From the NCBI RefSeq assembly GCF_964188315.1, contig NC_135663.1, positions 32,984,001-33,048,000 on the forward strand: a stretch of 64,000 nt of DNA, read 5' to 3'. This DNA comes from Podarcis muralis (Eukaryota). Below, piece after piece: positions 25,844 through 38,623 of the stretch. Under the pieces are notes generated by a model. That model had not been told where the DNA came from and ran no database searches. It saw nothing but the letters and a program-made list of their open reading frames with translations. Position 1 is the stretch's first letter. Every line of letters starts with the position of its first letter. A program made the position numbers and the translations under genes.

Positions 25844-27928
25844 CTCAGTCCCCGCTACCTATAATTAAATAAGTAAAAATAGCTGCATGCTGTACATTTA
25901 TCAAATACTTAGTTTGAACCCTATGCTATGCCAATGGTGTATAACAGACAGAGCCATGTAGGTGTCTTGAATGCTAGAAAACTTGAGTATAGGTGATGGC
26001 AAGGAGTATTGGTTATATGGATAGCTCACATGCTCAGAGGAACATAGGACCAACTATCTCAGTGCTGACAGTGGCTCTCAAACAGGAGTCTTTTCCAGCT
26101 CTACTAGAGATTTCAGGAGATCTGTTACCTTTTGCTTACAAAAGCATGTGTTTCACCACTGAACTGCAGAATATTAATTCTCAAAGTTGTTTTTTTCAAA
26201 ACCAGAGCTTTTGATGAGGGAAATAATAGCACTAACAAACATTTAAAATGTCCTTACAAAATGTTATCTGCAGAGACATTAAAAATTCCCAAAGCGGATA
26301 ATAACAAAGTACACAGTTGGCATCCATCTTTCACAGGAGACAATGAAAAAGTCAAACTATTGGGGAGTTACAGTGCCTGCTGTGGCTGTAGAGACTGATT
26401 GGGAGAGACATGTCTTTTAGTACAGGTGGGGCAGAGGAAGGCATCCAGGATTGCTACTAAAGGTGCAAATGTCGTTTCTTCTCTCTGTGCTCCTCCCAAC
26501 GGTTATTCCTTCTCTGGTACTAATCGATATAATGAGAAGACAGTACTAATCAATATAATGGGATTAAAAATCAATGTAAAACACCATGTAATGTCAGAAC
26601 CACAGTGAAAACAATAGAACAATCAAGTACGAGCAGATTAAAAAAACCACAACAGATTGGAAGCTAGTTAAAAAAACAAATTAATATTAAAATCCAGAGC
26701 TGCAGAACTGCTCAAAATTACTTTTTGTTAGAATGTTGAGGCAACATAAGCCATATTTGGAGTATATTTTAAGACATGGCACCTTACCTTAACAGCTTAT
26801 ACTTCACATCCATTTTAAGAAGAAGAAACGAAATGTGGAAGGCATTGAAAACTGTTAATATACTAATTCCAGCATGCCCACAGAACTGTATGTGAAGTGT
26901 GTGTTTATGCTTTATAGGGCTAGTTACCTAAAAAAACAAACAAACAAACAAAAACCTTATACCCTGTCTTTTCTCACATGCATTATTGATTTATTAATAC
27001 ATTTTATGAAACAGTGCACATCTATCCACATCTACAGTGCACCTCAATATATGTGGGTAGATGGGGGGAGAGGCGGAGGAGAGGTCACATTCCAGTATGC
27101 ATTAGCATTTATGAATACATTTAAACTGAAGTGTATCATAGCTTCTTCTTCAATACACATACAATTCATGCCTTACCAGATGAAAACTAAGAATTTTATT
27201 CGGTATTTAATATTTCAGTTCATCCAGGATCACAGCCTGAGTGGTTTTCCTATTGCATATTTCTAAAGGCTCTTCTTTGCCTTCCCTATCTAGGATTTCT
27301 CTATGCTGCCAGTAACTCAGTGAACCAAGAATTTGAACTTATGTCTCTCCAGTCTTAAGTCTTACACTATAACCGCTGCATAACAACGGATCTCATGGTT
27401 AGAGTGCATTCATATAGTCAGCTCTGATCTTGTGGTGTTTGACATCATGCATCCATCCTTGATGCCTTTCTCGTTCCTTTCCTCATTATGCTTCATTTTT
27501 CTGCTAATTTGCTTTGTGCTTGTGTGTGTTTCAGGGCTGCCCAGAAAACATATAAAACCAATTCTGCAAAGTGTGGCAACATGCCTATTTTTAACTTCAC
27601 CCTTGTCTTCAGAGCATGAGCCCCAAAGCGGAAATTCCTTCCTGATCTTCATTTGAATTGTAGCAGGAAATGTATTGTTAAATAACTAGCATTGTGACAG
27701 TGCACATAGGGGGTCACGGTAAGAAAAGGCTTCAAATGGCTCTTCACTGCTACATTTAGCTGCTTTTCAAACACTGAATAATGTTGCTATAAGGACCAAC
27801 ATTGTATACGTATTCCAGCATCACCAGTTGTCAGCATATCTGTTTTTATTTTGGGAAAGTAGTCTTAAAGAGAATACATAATTTTCCAAGTACTCAGCAG
27901 TCTTCCATAGCCTGCAATGACAAGAGCA

Positions 27929-28575
27929 CAAGAACCTAAGACAAATCTGCTGAATGAGGCCAGTGGCCCACCTCATCAAGCATCCTGTTCTAAATGTCTG
28001 TGGGAAGCCTATAAGCTGGACATGAGCACGCAGTTCTCTAAAGGTAAAGGTACCCCTGCCAGTCGTGACCGACTCTAGGGTTGTGCGCCCATCTCACTTA
28101 AGAGGCCGGGGGCCAGCACTGTCCAGAGACACTTCCGGGTCACGTGGCCAGCGTGACGAAGCTGCTCTGGCGAGCCAGCACCAGCGCAGCACACGGAAAC
28201 GCCATTTACCTTCCCGCTATAAAGCGGTACCTATTTATCTACTTGCACTTAGGGGTGCTTTCAAACTGCTAGGTGGGCAGGAGCTGGGACCGAAAGACGA
28301 GAGCTCACCCCGCCGCAGGGATTCGAACTGCCGACCATATGATCGGCAAGTCCTAGGCACTGAGGTTTTACCCACAGTGCCACCTGCGTCCCCACGCAGT
28401 TCTCTGCCCACCTGTAATTCCCAGCAGCTGATATTCAGAGGCATGTTGCCTCTGCCAGTGGAGTTAGAGCGTAGCCATTATGACTAGAAGCCATTGATAG
28501 CCTTGTCCTCCTTAAATTTATCTAACCCTCTTTTACAACCATCCACATTGATAGCATCCTACTTCCTTTCATTCT
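27929..28575 (-). mobile_element. CR1 LINE 3' UTR fragment, split by a Sauria SINE
   Basis: agaacctaaga...catcctgttct...tgtgggaagcc and, after the SINE, ...agccattgatagccttgtcctcc...; reverse complement of the CR1 3' end also seen at 1850-2130. Confidence 0.7.
28040..28392 (-). mobile_element. Sauria SINE, full length
   Basis: Minus strand has a tRNA head with B-box ggttcgaatcc and an (ACCTTT)n tail. Perfect 13-bp TSD cacgcagttctct (28027-28039 / 28393-28405). Confidence 0.93.
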
Positions 28576-29449
28576 CCACTGCAGGCCCCCACTCCCTGGG
28601 TAGGGGTTTTGGGCCATCGAGAAAGTTACTCCAGTACACAAACAAGTGCCACTCATGCAGTTCTGAATGTTCATCTTAGCATGCCCTAAAGTAATACACC
28701 TAACGTATATTTACAAAAAACCGGAAGAGATGTTTTGATGCGCCTTGAGCCACATCATTCCATCAAGTGGTGTTCAAAAGGGAAAAAGCTTCTCTGCCTG
28801 TGAAAGCCTGGACAGGTCATTTTTTATTTTGGAGACAAGTGTGGCTCTGCATCGCCTTCTTACAGTTATCTCGCCCTTCGTCATGGTATGCTTTACTGTC
28901 CTGAGAGAAATAAGTAGCTAGTATTATTTTACTTTATTTTCCATTCCCATGTCATAACACTAATGGGAATCTGTTTGTCTGCAATGTTGGGGGTAGCTGA
29001 TTTTAAAATCTATTTGGAAAGCAGGTACCCAATAGCAGAGGACATCATGCCATTGATTGCTTGGTGCTTTAGTTGTAAAGCACATAATGACTAATGCTGA
29101 GGTTTCTATTTGGATGGAAATGGTATCAACAGACAGAGGCAGCACTACCTTTAGGCAAAGGTCACATCCACACCATATGTTTAAATCACTCTTGTACCAC
29201 TTTAACAGTTACGGATTTCCCCAAGGAACCCTAGGAACTCTAGTTAGATAATGGAGAGGTGCTGATGGTGTGAATGTTACCATAGTGAGGCTACTATCTC
29301 AGGCAGTTGATTTTGTGTGACATGAAACCCAGAAATTTGTTATTGATTGATTATTATATTGTTTCATTATTTTAATATTTCACTTTATTACCTTTATATT
29401 TATTTTTCCATTTATGGATCCTTTCTTCATGGAACCCAAGGTGGTGTAC

Positions 29450-29515
29450 ATGTTGCTCCCAGGAGGTCACCCACCCAGGCACTGACCAGACCCAGACCTG
29501 CTTAGCTTCAGGAAG
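29450..29515 (-). mobile_element. 5S rRNA-derived fragment (SINE3-like head or 5S pseudogene)
   Basis: Reverse complement gaagctaagcaggtctgggtctggtcagtgcctgggtgggtgacctcctggg resembles the 5S internal control region. Confidence 0.6.
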
Positions 29516-29999
29516 GTGTTAAGCTCAGGCAAGGTGCCTTGGGAGTTTATGGTGTTTGCTGTCTCAACTGCCAAACTAACTTAGTACTGTCTCAACTGCC
29601 AAACTAACTTGAGTACTTTGCTGTTCTCAGGTAGTGAAATGTAAGGTTAGGTTTTGCTTACAGTCTGGCCTTATTGCTGTAGCTAAGAGCGATCATCTGT
29701 AGTCCCAAAATTAGGCATTGGGTATTTCCCTGTCCAAATTGTACTAGCAAACTAAGTGAGTCTGTTTAGGACAGACTGTTTACTAAACTGCAAGGAAGCA
29801 ATAGACACAGATTTAGTAGTAGATTTCATAATCTGAGTGCTGCTGAGTAGCACTGTTAACAGCTAGATGGAAAAAAGAACTGGTGTTTGATTGGCGCAGA
29901 AAGACTTTTTAAGTGTCTACTTGTGTTTTGAGACTTTATGACTTTATTTATTTGTTTCTTAAATGTATATCCTGCTTCCCCACCAAATGATGTTGAAAG

Positions 30000-31900
30000 T
30001 ATTTGCTTGAATAAATCCTGGAACATACTTGGAGGTTGTTTCCTTTAGATTTCCTGATCTGGTTCAAAAACAAGGATGCTACACATTTCAGTAATAGATT
30101 GGTGGCTAGTCCTCTGTTGAGATGGCTTGCAAATAATGGCCTAATGAGTTTTCCATTCCTAGAAAGGTTTTATGAGTCAGTGCTGTTGTAAATGCATGTA
30201 TTTCTTGACACTTTCAAATAAATGACCTCCTTTGATATGAGAGCTCCTTTGATATGTCAGAGTACCAGAGAATAGCCTGAGCAATCTCCTTTTAATTAAC
30301 ACCTTTTTGACCTCATTTGCTAGCTCCCCACAAGGTGCCAAGAGTTCCTTTCTGGCCACATGGTGCTCATCTAATTGGTTGAGCCCACCTGTTTGCCACT
30401 CAAGCTAAACATCTCAAAGATGGAATATGATCCCCCTATTCCTTTTCACCTCTTTTGACCATCCAGGGGTTCTGTCTGCTGAATCTATGCAGAGAAGAGA
30501 TGGTGGCAGAAATCTCTTAAAAGGATAGATGTTCAAAACTAGCCTACCCTATATGGTACCTGTAAGCACAGCTTCTGTATAGACTCTTCTTTCATCTTGC
30601 AAAATAACGAGTTTCTCCTAGCTAGGATTCATGCATCTAATTCTAAACAATTGCCAGGAATTTGTCATAGTCTTCCATTGATGTGCCATGTATTAGGATC
30701 CCATCCATGGGGCAATTGCTCCTTTTAAATCTCTTAAGGACTTTTGCCACCTTTCTTTGAAAATTTTTGGAAGCGTTTGTTGTTCCAAATGGCAAGCCTT
30801 CAAAAAGAGTGTGATGAATGTAATCAATTTAGCACTCTGGTTTCTCAAAGGTATTTGCCAGAAATCACTTGAGGTATCCAAATTGACAAATATTTTTATT
30901 CCTGTCACTTTTGGGAAAGATACTAGTGTTGGAAGTACATATTTTTTTATTAGAGTGCGTCTTCATTCAGCTTTTAAAGATCAATACAGATCTTCTTCTT
31001 TTTTCCACCTCTCCCCCGATGACTAGGAACTTTGGTGCACACCACAAGGTAGGCTTGATTTCCTTAATTATGCCATGTTCCTCCATCCTTTCCAGGTCCA
31101 TGTCCACCTTGTGGAGTAAGGGAATGGGTGTTCTGCAGGCTGTTTGCATGCTGTATGGTTTGGTGTCAGGTCTTAAAACGTCCATAGGATTTCTTTTTAT
31201 TAGATCAGGGTGTCCAAACCCTCCTTAAATTTATCCCACTGTTTTGCGCAGTCCCATTCTGCCGTTGCTCCACATTTGAGATTATCCAGGTTTTGACTTC
31301 ATATCACTTACATAGTATACACAAGCTGCTCTTCTATGCAGTTTGTTTGTACGTTAAAGCATCCAAGACAATTTAGAATATTCTCTTGTCTCTATAAAAC
31401 AATCCCTGCCATATGCAGATCTCAGGAGATCCTTTGTATGTCTTTTTTGAAATAACGGTGACATCAGCTCCTGAATCTTTTTTTAAAAATAGAAATCAGT
31501 TGTCCCAGAAATCTATTCTATAGAGACCACCGCTGGCATTCAAGAAAATTTGGCTGTCCGCTTGCATCATGTAGGTCAATAGCTCAGTGATAGAACATGC
31601 TTCCTAGGTTCAGTCTCCAGGTACAACTGGGAGTGACTCTTGCTTGAAATCCTAGAGTCACTGCCAGTCAGTGTAGACAATATTGAACTAAATGATCTGC
31701 CTCGCTGTAAGGCAGCTTCTGGTGTTCCTAACACATGATAGTAAAATGTCTTCTTCTTTTTTTAACATTTGGAACTGTGCTCCTTTAGCTGACAAAATTC
31801 CTCTATTGTTATAAACATTTCCACATTTTTGCATGCTCTCTTAAAGGGTGGTCTTGTCTTGTCTTGTTGTGTCTGGCTACAGAATGCTTTTAAAATGGCT
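30000..31900 (-). mobile_element. Decayed Ty3/Gypsy LTR-retrotransposon gag-pol relic
   Basis: In minus-strand order: degenerate zinc knuckle (SAKGAQFQMLKKRRRHFTIMC, ~31740-31830), protease DSGADVTVIS (~31450-31477), RT start (LRPDTKPYS...PIPLLHKVDMDLERMEEHGIIKEIKPTLWCAP), RT core (LDTSSDFWQIPL...AKLITFIT), then RNase H-like remnants (KEIAQAILWY, KYVPG). Many stops and frameshifts; no LTR or integrase seen. Confidence 0.85.
31574..31730 (+). mobile_element. tRNA-derived SINE (Squam2-like) inserted into the Gypsy relic
   Basis: tagctcagtgatagaacatgc head; body cactgccagtcagtgtagacaatattgaact...aaggcagcttct...gttccta. Confidence 0.65.
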
Positions 31901-34044
31901 GGACTGCTTTCCTTTGTGCTGCTTTTGAAGAGAAATGAAGAGTGAATTTGTGGAATGGCTGCTGCTTCTAGTGTTTTGTGAAGTAGAGGTTATGTCTTCC
32001 AAGTTACATCACTCACTCCCTATCTTTGCCCTGATCTGTTTTGGGATGGGACCTGGCGTGCATTGGATTCTGACAAATCCTAAACCAAAGTGGGCTATTT
32101 AAGACAGTTCTGGGACTTATTTGAACAGAAGCAAGATCTTTCCTAGGTGCCATGAACTGAAGTGGGGGCCTCCATAATGCTGTGTGATGCTTTAAAAGCT
32201 CATATGTTAAAAAACTACACTATAGACAGCGTGTCTGCCAAAAATGAAATGTTACTCCCCAAATTTGCCATATAAGGAAAATACCAGGGTGTGGAGAGCA
32301 GAAAGAGACCAGCAGATCTGCCTTCTCAGAGGATATTATGACCCCATTTTAAATGGACATTGGCTATGGGATACGGGGCTTTTGCCATTTGTTGCAAAAT
32401 CCTTGGGGTTTCAATACAGTGAGATTTCTTCAAAAGTCCTTCCCCTGGATTTACAATTGAATATGCTTCTCCCTAGCCTGGGTACAAGTCCCCTGGGACT
32501 CCTGAATGTACAAAGGAGCTTAACCTTTCCTTTTACCATTGTACATTTTCAACATTTTCAAAAAAGAAATCTGCTCTTTATTTGATCTTAAATATGGTTT
32601 GAAGCAGCCTTTCTCTGCTGCTTGTCGGCTGCTGGCTCCGCACAAGTAGCAAGTTGTCTGCTTCAGTGTTTGGAAGAGATGGTTGCAATGTTCTTTCCTG
32701 CTAGTATCAGCCAGGAGCCCCCAAAGGATGACCCAAATACTCGATCACTGCACTGTCAGATCTGAACAGGAATAAATACTTAATTGTGAGTCATAGACTC
32801 CCTTGAGCTGCAGCAGCTGATTTTTGTACATGCTGTGCTTAGAACATGGGCTGTATGAAAACTCTACAAAGGCAGGAAGAATCTTCTGCCTTTCCCTGAT
32901 CTAACTTACCGAGATGAGGACAGCCAAAAGCTGCCATTTACCATAAGCAGGGCTGCATTTTTCTCCTGCCAATTTCCATCAAATAATCCCTATGGCTATT
33001 TTTCCAGACATTTAAATGTCTATTTGTGAAGCATCACAGCTCTGGACCACAGGTTGTGAACAAGCTGCATGCAGGACCTGCTGAAGATCAGATCTTGGTT
33101 TCTTATTCTGATTTGTTTTACAACATTAAATGAGAGTTTCCTGATTCAGATGCAATGGGTGACTCTGGTCCAAAGCAAGCCAGGATTTCTGTATCAAAGA
33201 AAGTGAGGAATATACTGCCATGGCATGTGGTCATGCATCATAAACCGTGGTTTATGGAGCCATGGCCGAACATCTGAACAGCTACTATGTTCAATGAAAC
33301 TTACATCCAGTAAGTACCTAGGGATGGAGCTTTAATCTGGCAGATCACTATATACAAGCATTTAAATAAAAAGTAGGGTTCCCCATTTCCCTGTTGATAA
33401 TGGGATTCATTAGTTTTCTCCTATCCACATTGTCATTGCCTTTTTACAGACTCTCACATGCATAGAAATAAATGCACACATTGCTATAAATACATCTGCT
33501 ATGTTTTTTGGTGGTTGCTGTATTATATTACACCCTGTCCTCTCTGTGTAGCTCTTAAAATCCATCACCTTTTGGGATAGAAACTGCTTTATATACCATA
33601 CTGTGATTTGTGCCTTAAAAATATCCGAACTCTTCTTGGAATAAATGTGTTAAGGTAGAAAACCCCTGAACAGATTTAAAAAGCCTTTTCTCCTCCTGCT
33701 TCTTCTGTGTAACTGATTGTTAATCCCTTGTCCCTCTAGACACATATTACAGGACCTAGTTTGTTGTGCAAATATGGTAGCAATTTTATTTAACTTTGCT
33801 AATGATTTAATAATAAGAAATGAAGCAAAAAAAGGCATCAGACTCAAGGGATAAACAGAAAGCTATCCTCTTGATTCTCTTTTGGTGAACCATAATGAGG
33901 ATACTGTAAAAAGCTTCAATATAGTGTGAGCTAGAATTCTTTATTTCTGGTGTGAACTCTTGTAATAACCATTATGCTTTCCGCCTCTCTAGGCCTTGCC
34001 ATTTGTGGATCTCAAAGTGGATTATAAAAGAATAATGATTTAAG

Positions 34045-34125
34045 GCCAGCAGATCCTCTGTGAGATAGGTAAGCATTATTATTCTCATTTTACAGATGGG
34101 GGAATCATGGACAGAGAGGTTTAGT
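34045..34125 (-). mobile_element. MIR/CORE-SINE fragment
   Basis: ctgtgagataggtaagcattattattctcattttacagatgggggaatcatggacagagaggtt resembles the antisense MIR core. Confidence 0.65.
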
Positions 34126-34224
34126 GATGATTTCCTCCCCCAACCTCAAGACAAAGCCAGAAATAGCTCAGATATATTGTCTTCATATCTCCTGCTTTAA
34201 CCACATGGCAATCCTTCTTTCCAC

Positions 34225-34275
34225 ATAACCTCTCTGACTCTATTTCCCCAACTGTAAAGTAAGGATAATAATACA
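34225..34275 (+). mobile_element. MIR/CORE-SINE fragment
   Basis: aacctctctgactctatttccccaactgtaaagtaaggataataata resembles the sense MIR core. Confidence 0.55.
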
Positions 34276-35331
34276 GGTTCAGACAGATATTCGTGCAGGC
34301 ACATTTCTTTGCCTGCTGAAAAGTGAGACATTTAGGTCTGACCCCACCTTTGAGGCTGGTCATATTCTTCCACTTGAAGTTTAGAGTGGAAAAAAGCTCT
34401 CTTAAATTTTGTGGAAAGGAATTAATTCAGCAGGATATTGAATAACTATCGTTGTATGGTGAATTAAGAGTTTTAAAAACGGCATAATTATTTTTTTTAT
34501 GAGGTGATTTAGAAACGGTCAGATAGAGGCATCATTGTACTCTGAACTGCTGAATTTCCAAAACTGGAAGAATTTAAATACAGGTGTTTGTTTGTTTTTT
34601 TAATATAAATAACTGTTCAGTATCATCCCATTGATGGCCAAACTAATGAAGCAGTGAAGGAGTTTACAACAGATGAACATGCATCATATTTTTATATAGA
34701 TAAATTTAGGCAGTTAAATTTAGGCAGTTTAATCAAGATTCCAAAGAGCATTTTTACTTATATGGAAGCCACAGGCAAACAGTGAGTCCTCAGAGACCAA
34801 GCAAAAAGGAAAATAAAATCCCAGCAGAAATGTGTTATTACTCGAGGAAAAAAATCAATATTGATTAGACTCAGAAGGGACTTTTCTTACAACAGCTTAT
34901 GTCTAAGAATCTCTTCTCCATGAATCCCCAAGATCTGCAGGGGTGGTGGTGTTTGTTATGATGGTTATGATGATAAAGGTAAATCAAAATCCTTAGATGA
35001 ATGCCAGTTTATTCCCATTGGTCTAAATGGATTTAAACGTGCAACTTCAACTCCATTTGTTGTGTGAATCCCTCTACGCATCCTTCATTGGTTTAGTAAA
35101 ACCAAATTGCTTTTTGTGCGTGTGTATGGCTCTGACTGCCAAAACACTCCAATATTTAGCAGTTGTTGCCTATGTATACATGCAGCAACTAAATGAATGT
35201 TAACATCATCTTTCCTGGAACCCAGTTGGTTTTGAGATAGTGATAATATTCAAAATGCATACCATTGACATCTATTTCTTGCAATTGTAAGGAAATACTG
35301 GTTAATTGTTTTATTGTGATTTGACATTCTC

Positions 35332-35707
35332 TTTTTTTTTTTTTTAAGATATTTATTAGAATTTTACAAAAAGAAAAAAGAAAAATACAAAGTAAAAATA
35401 GATAAAAACAATTCCATCTTTCCATCACTTTCTTTCATTTGCTTTTTTCCCGGACCTCCTCACACCTCCCGTTTTGTATTCCAGTTCAATTTGTTAGTTC
35501 AGCAAATCCTTCCCCTCTTTGTTTATCCTAATCTTTAATCTTAAAATAATGTAACATTAAATTTTTGTCTATTAATAGTCCATTTTTTTTTCATACTCCT
35601 TATAGCATTATAGCTAAAAACCACATAACTTTTCAACCAACATCGTTCTAACATTCATTAATTTTACAATATTTCTGTAGGTAGTCTTTAAATTTCTTCC
35701 AATCTTC
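35332..35707 (-). mobile_element. 5'-truncated L1 LINE (last ORF2 codons, 3' UTR, poly-A)
   Basis: Poly-T at 35332 on the + strand; minus strand reads EDWKKFKDYLQKYCKINEC*. Perfect 11-bp TSD ttgacattctc (35321-35331 / 35708-35718). Confidence 0.85.
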
Positions 35708-38623
35708 TTGACATTCTCAAACTATTTGTAATAATATTTATTTTTCAAAGATTTTTGTGCAGATGCTTACATATATACGGTAATCATTCATTAACTGATG
35801 AAAAGCAAAGTGATATATGGAACACACTAAGTATTACATTCCATATGGTTGTAGTTAGCAATGTGCAAGCTTCCCCAGACTTAGTTCAATCTGGATTTCA
35901 CTAAAACACCTTAATTTGGACTTCATTACCATCAGGACCCAGGAAGTTCTCTGCCACTAACCCCTACCCAGACAGTGTTTGCTCTTGTCTCTTCCCTTTC
36001 CAAACCAAACCTGCATAGTATTGCAGGATGGGTGTGCAGACATGGCCAGGTACATTCATTACACTTCTGCTAAAGAGACAGAGGCAATTACATCTCCCTT
36101 GCTTCCTGGTGGCTGTAGGTGCATTAGCCATTAAGGCCAACATGGAGACTCAGATGCAATTCCTTCCCTGCATTATTTGGTAAGCTTGGTTAGAGAAAGA
36201 AATGGGCAGCAGTTATTGGCTTAAATGATGACAGCCAAACCCATTACAAGCTAAGTGCAAACTTCAGATGGTGGTGGGGTGTTGGCTTGGTTTGTTATTG
36301 GCATTAAATGTCCAAAACTGGGAGAACTGATTCCCAACTCCCTTTCCCCATTTACGACCTTTTGGCAGCATCACTAATTGAAACTAACATTTCCACCTTA
36401 TCTTACATTTACTTTTATTTGTTTTATTTATTTAATTTGTATACCACCCTTCATCTGAATATCTCAGGGTGGTTCACAGCAAAAACATGCAAGATGAAAA
36501 CACATGTGTAGCTTGTACTTGTCTTTAATCAGATTTATACAGATACTGGTGATTCATGTAATTAATTAAGAACATTCATGTAATTAAGACCATATCATTT
36601 TACTCTGCCCCTACTACCAGGATGCTCGTGGAAAGATTATTGTCACATTACTTAGAAGAATGTCCAGAAGTTCTAATTTGGAATTGTCTAGTTTACTTCT
36701 AGAAGATGGAAAACCAGAGATTACAATATTAGTCACAAAATTTTGCACGTCAGCCTATAAAATCAGCCACTCTTACCTACTGGATATATATAGACTTCCT
36801 ATCTCTCTTTTAAATTATTAAGCCTTCAGTTTTACTTACTTACCTTTTTGTTTTGCTTTATTTTATCCCTATTGGTACTTGTAGTATTAAATAGAGTATG
36901 CTGGTTTTTAACTAAATAATAATTTTTTTGTCTCTCTCTCTTTCTCATAATAAATCAGATACTGTTTCACACTGTCAGGATTCACAGAGTTTCTGAATCT
37001 TTAGAGATTCTCCCAGTTGTGGGGGATCTGTTTATTTATAAGCAGCTCTTGCAGACTGGCAGAATGTTTAAATGCCCTAACCTTGTGGGCCGGGTTCAAC
37101 TACATGAGACTTTCAGCCCCTCTCTTCTTCCATGATACCAATTCTCATTGGAAAGACCCATACAATCCATATGGTCAGGCTGGTTTCCAGAAGCTTTTTA
37201 ATCATTCTCTGAACCATACAGCAGTTCCCACATGGATTGGATAATATTGTCCCTAACAGATACCTTTGTCTCAGCAATCAAAGAATTCTGAGGCTACACA
37301 CCTTTTCTGGCTGTTTTGAGTGATTCACAATTCAGTGTGTCTCTTTATAGAAAATGCTAACTCCATCGCCATCGCTTCAAGTGATACTGACCCTGCTATT
37401 TGTCCACATGATCATTTTAACATTATCTTCATCCCATCATGTCAAGGGAGTGTTCTTGTTGGGATTATTGTCTGTCTTTCAACTCTACGCAAGCATTGTT
37501 TTATAACAGGGATAGAGAACCTATAGCTGCCATTAGCTCCAGCCTGCTTGCCCAGTGCTCAGGGATGATGTGACTTCAGCAATATTTGTAGAGTCACAGT
37601 CTCCACCCTTGAATTACATGCTAACTTTGTTAAATTCCAGAGGATTAAGTGAGTTCAGGAATTGTTGTCCCAAGATCTGATCAAGTAGGCCTACAGTCTG
37701 TTAGTTTAATAACTGCTTACTCTAATGAGTGTTTAAATTGGTTTTTAATTGATAGTGCCCCCTGGAAAGGGATATTCAGCATTGTCATGATACTGCTGTA
37801 ATGAAATTGTGTTAATAGATAGATAGATAGATAGATATAAAGCTTGATTTGGTCAGTGCTTTATAGGTGGCTTCCCCAACAGTAAATAGTTGTCCAGTTT
37901 GCACATAACACTAAGCAAAACCATAACTTAGCACAAGTGAGTCTTCCAGAAAGAAACTGTGTAGCTCTTCTTCTTGTCCTGCTGCCATTGTGCTTCCGTA
38001 AACTAAACCACCCCATCCAAACCCAAGATCATGGTTTGTCTCCCCAAGACAAATTAAGAGAGGTAAGCCATAAAACAAACCTTGGTTACAGCTTGTGGTT
38101 TGTTTGGAATGAGTCTTCACGATGTCTTAGCTTTACAGCAGCAGTTGGACTAGATGAGGATAAAAGTGGCCACAAGGAAAGTTGTACAGAGACTGGATCA
38201 AAGCCTCTGTGCTTTTTATTTGTGAGTGCCTCTTGGTTTTTAAACCTTAAAAGCAGCCAGGGTGGTAAATCAGTTCAAAGGTGCAGTTTCCAGCGAGATA
38301 GCTGTTAATCTGTTGCAACATAAACAACAGGGCCTTGCAGTACTATAAAAACTGCTAAATTAATTACAGCACAAGTTTTCCTGAAGTAGAGTCCATTTCA
38401 TCAGACAAGGTGAACGGTAATCCTTAAATGCTTATGCCATAATTACTGTCAGTCTTTGACATGGCAGAAGAGACTTCGTTGTTCAGGGCTACATCAGCTT
38501 TTAGAACTTGTGTTGTTTTCCCAATATAATGCCCCCTACAAGCTGCCAATTCCCCAATGGGGAAAAGACATGGAACCTGTGTCATTCCAGGGGGCACAAT
38601 ATGAGCTTTAGTAAGCAAACATC

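Noticed and set aside
25375-25872. 165-aa + strand ORF, and the related ORFs at 17581-17808
   Set aside because: These are antisense frames of BovB copies; both copies give the same peptide.
29450-29515. Possible 5S rRNA gene
   Set aside because: Partial and heavily diverged; kept only as a 5S-derived repeat fragment.
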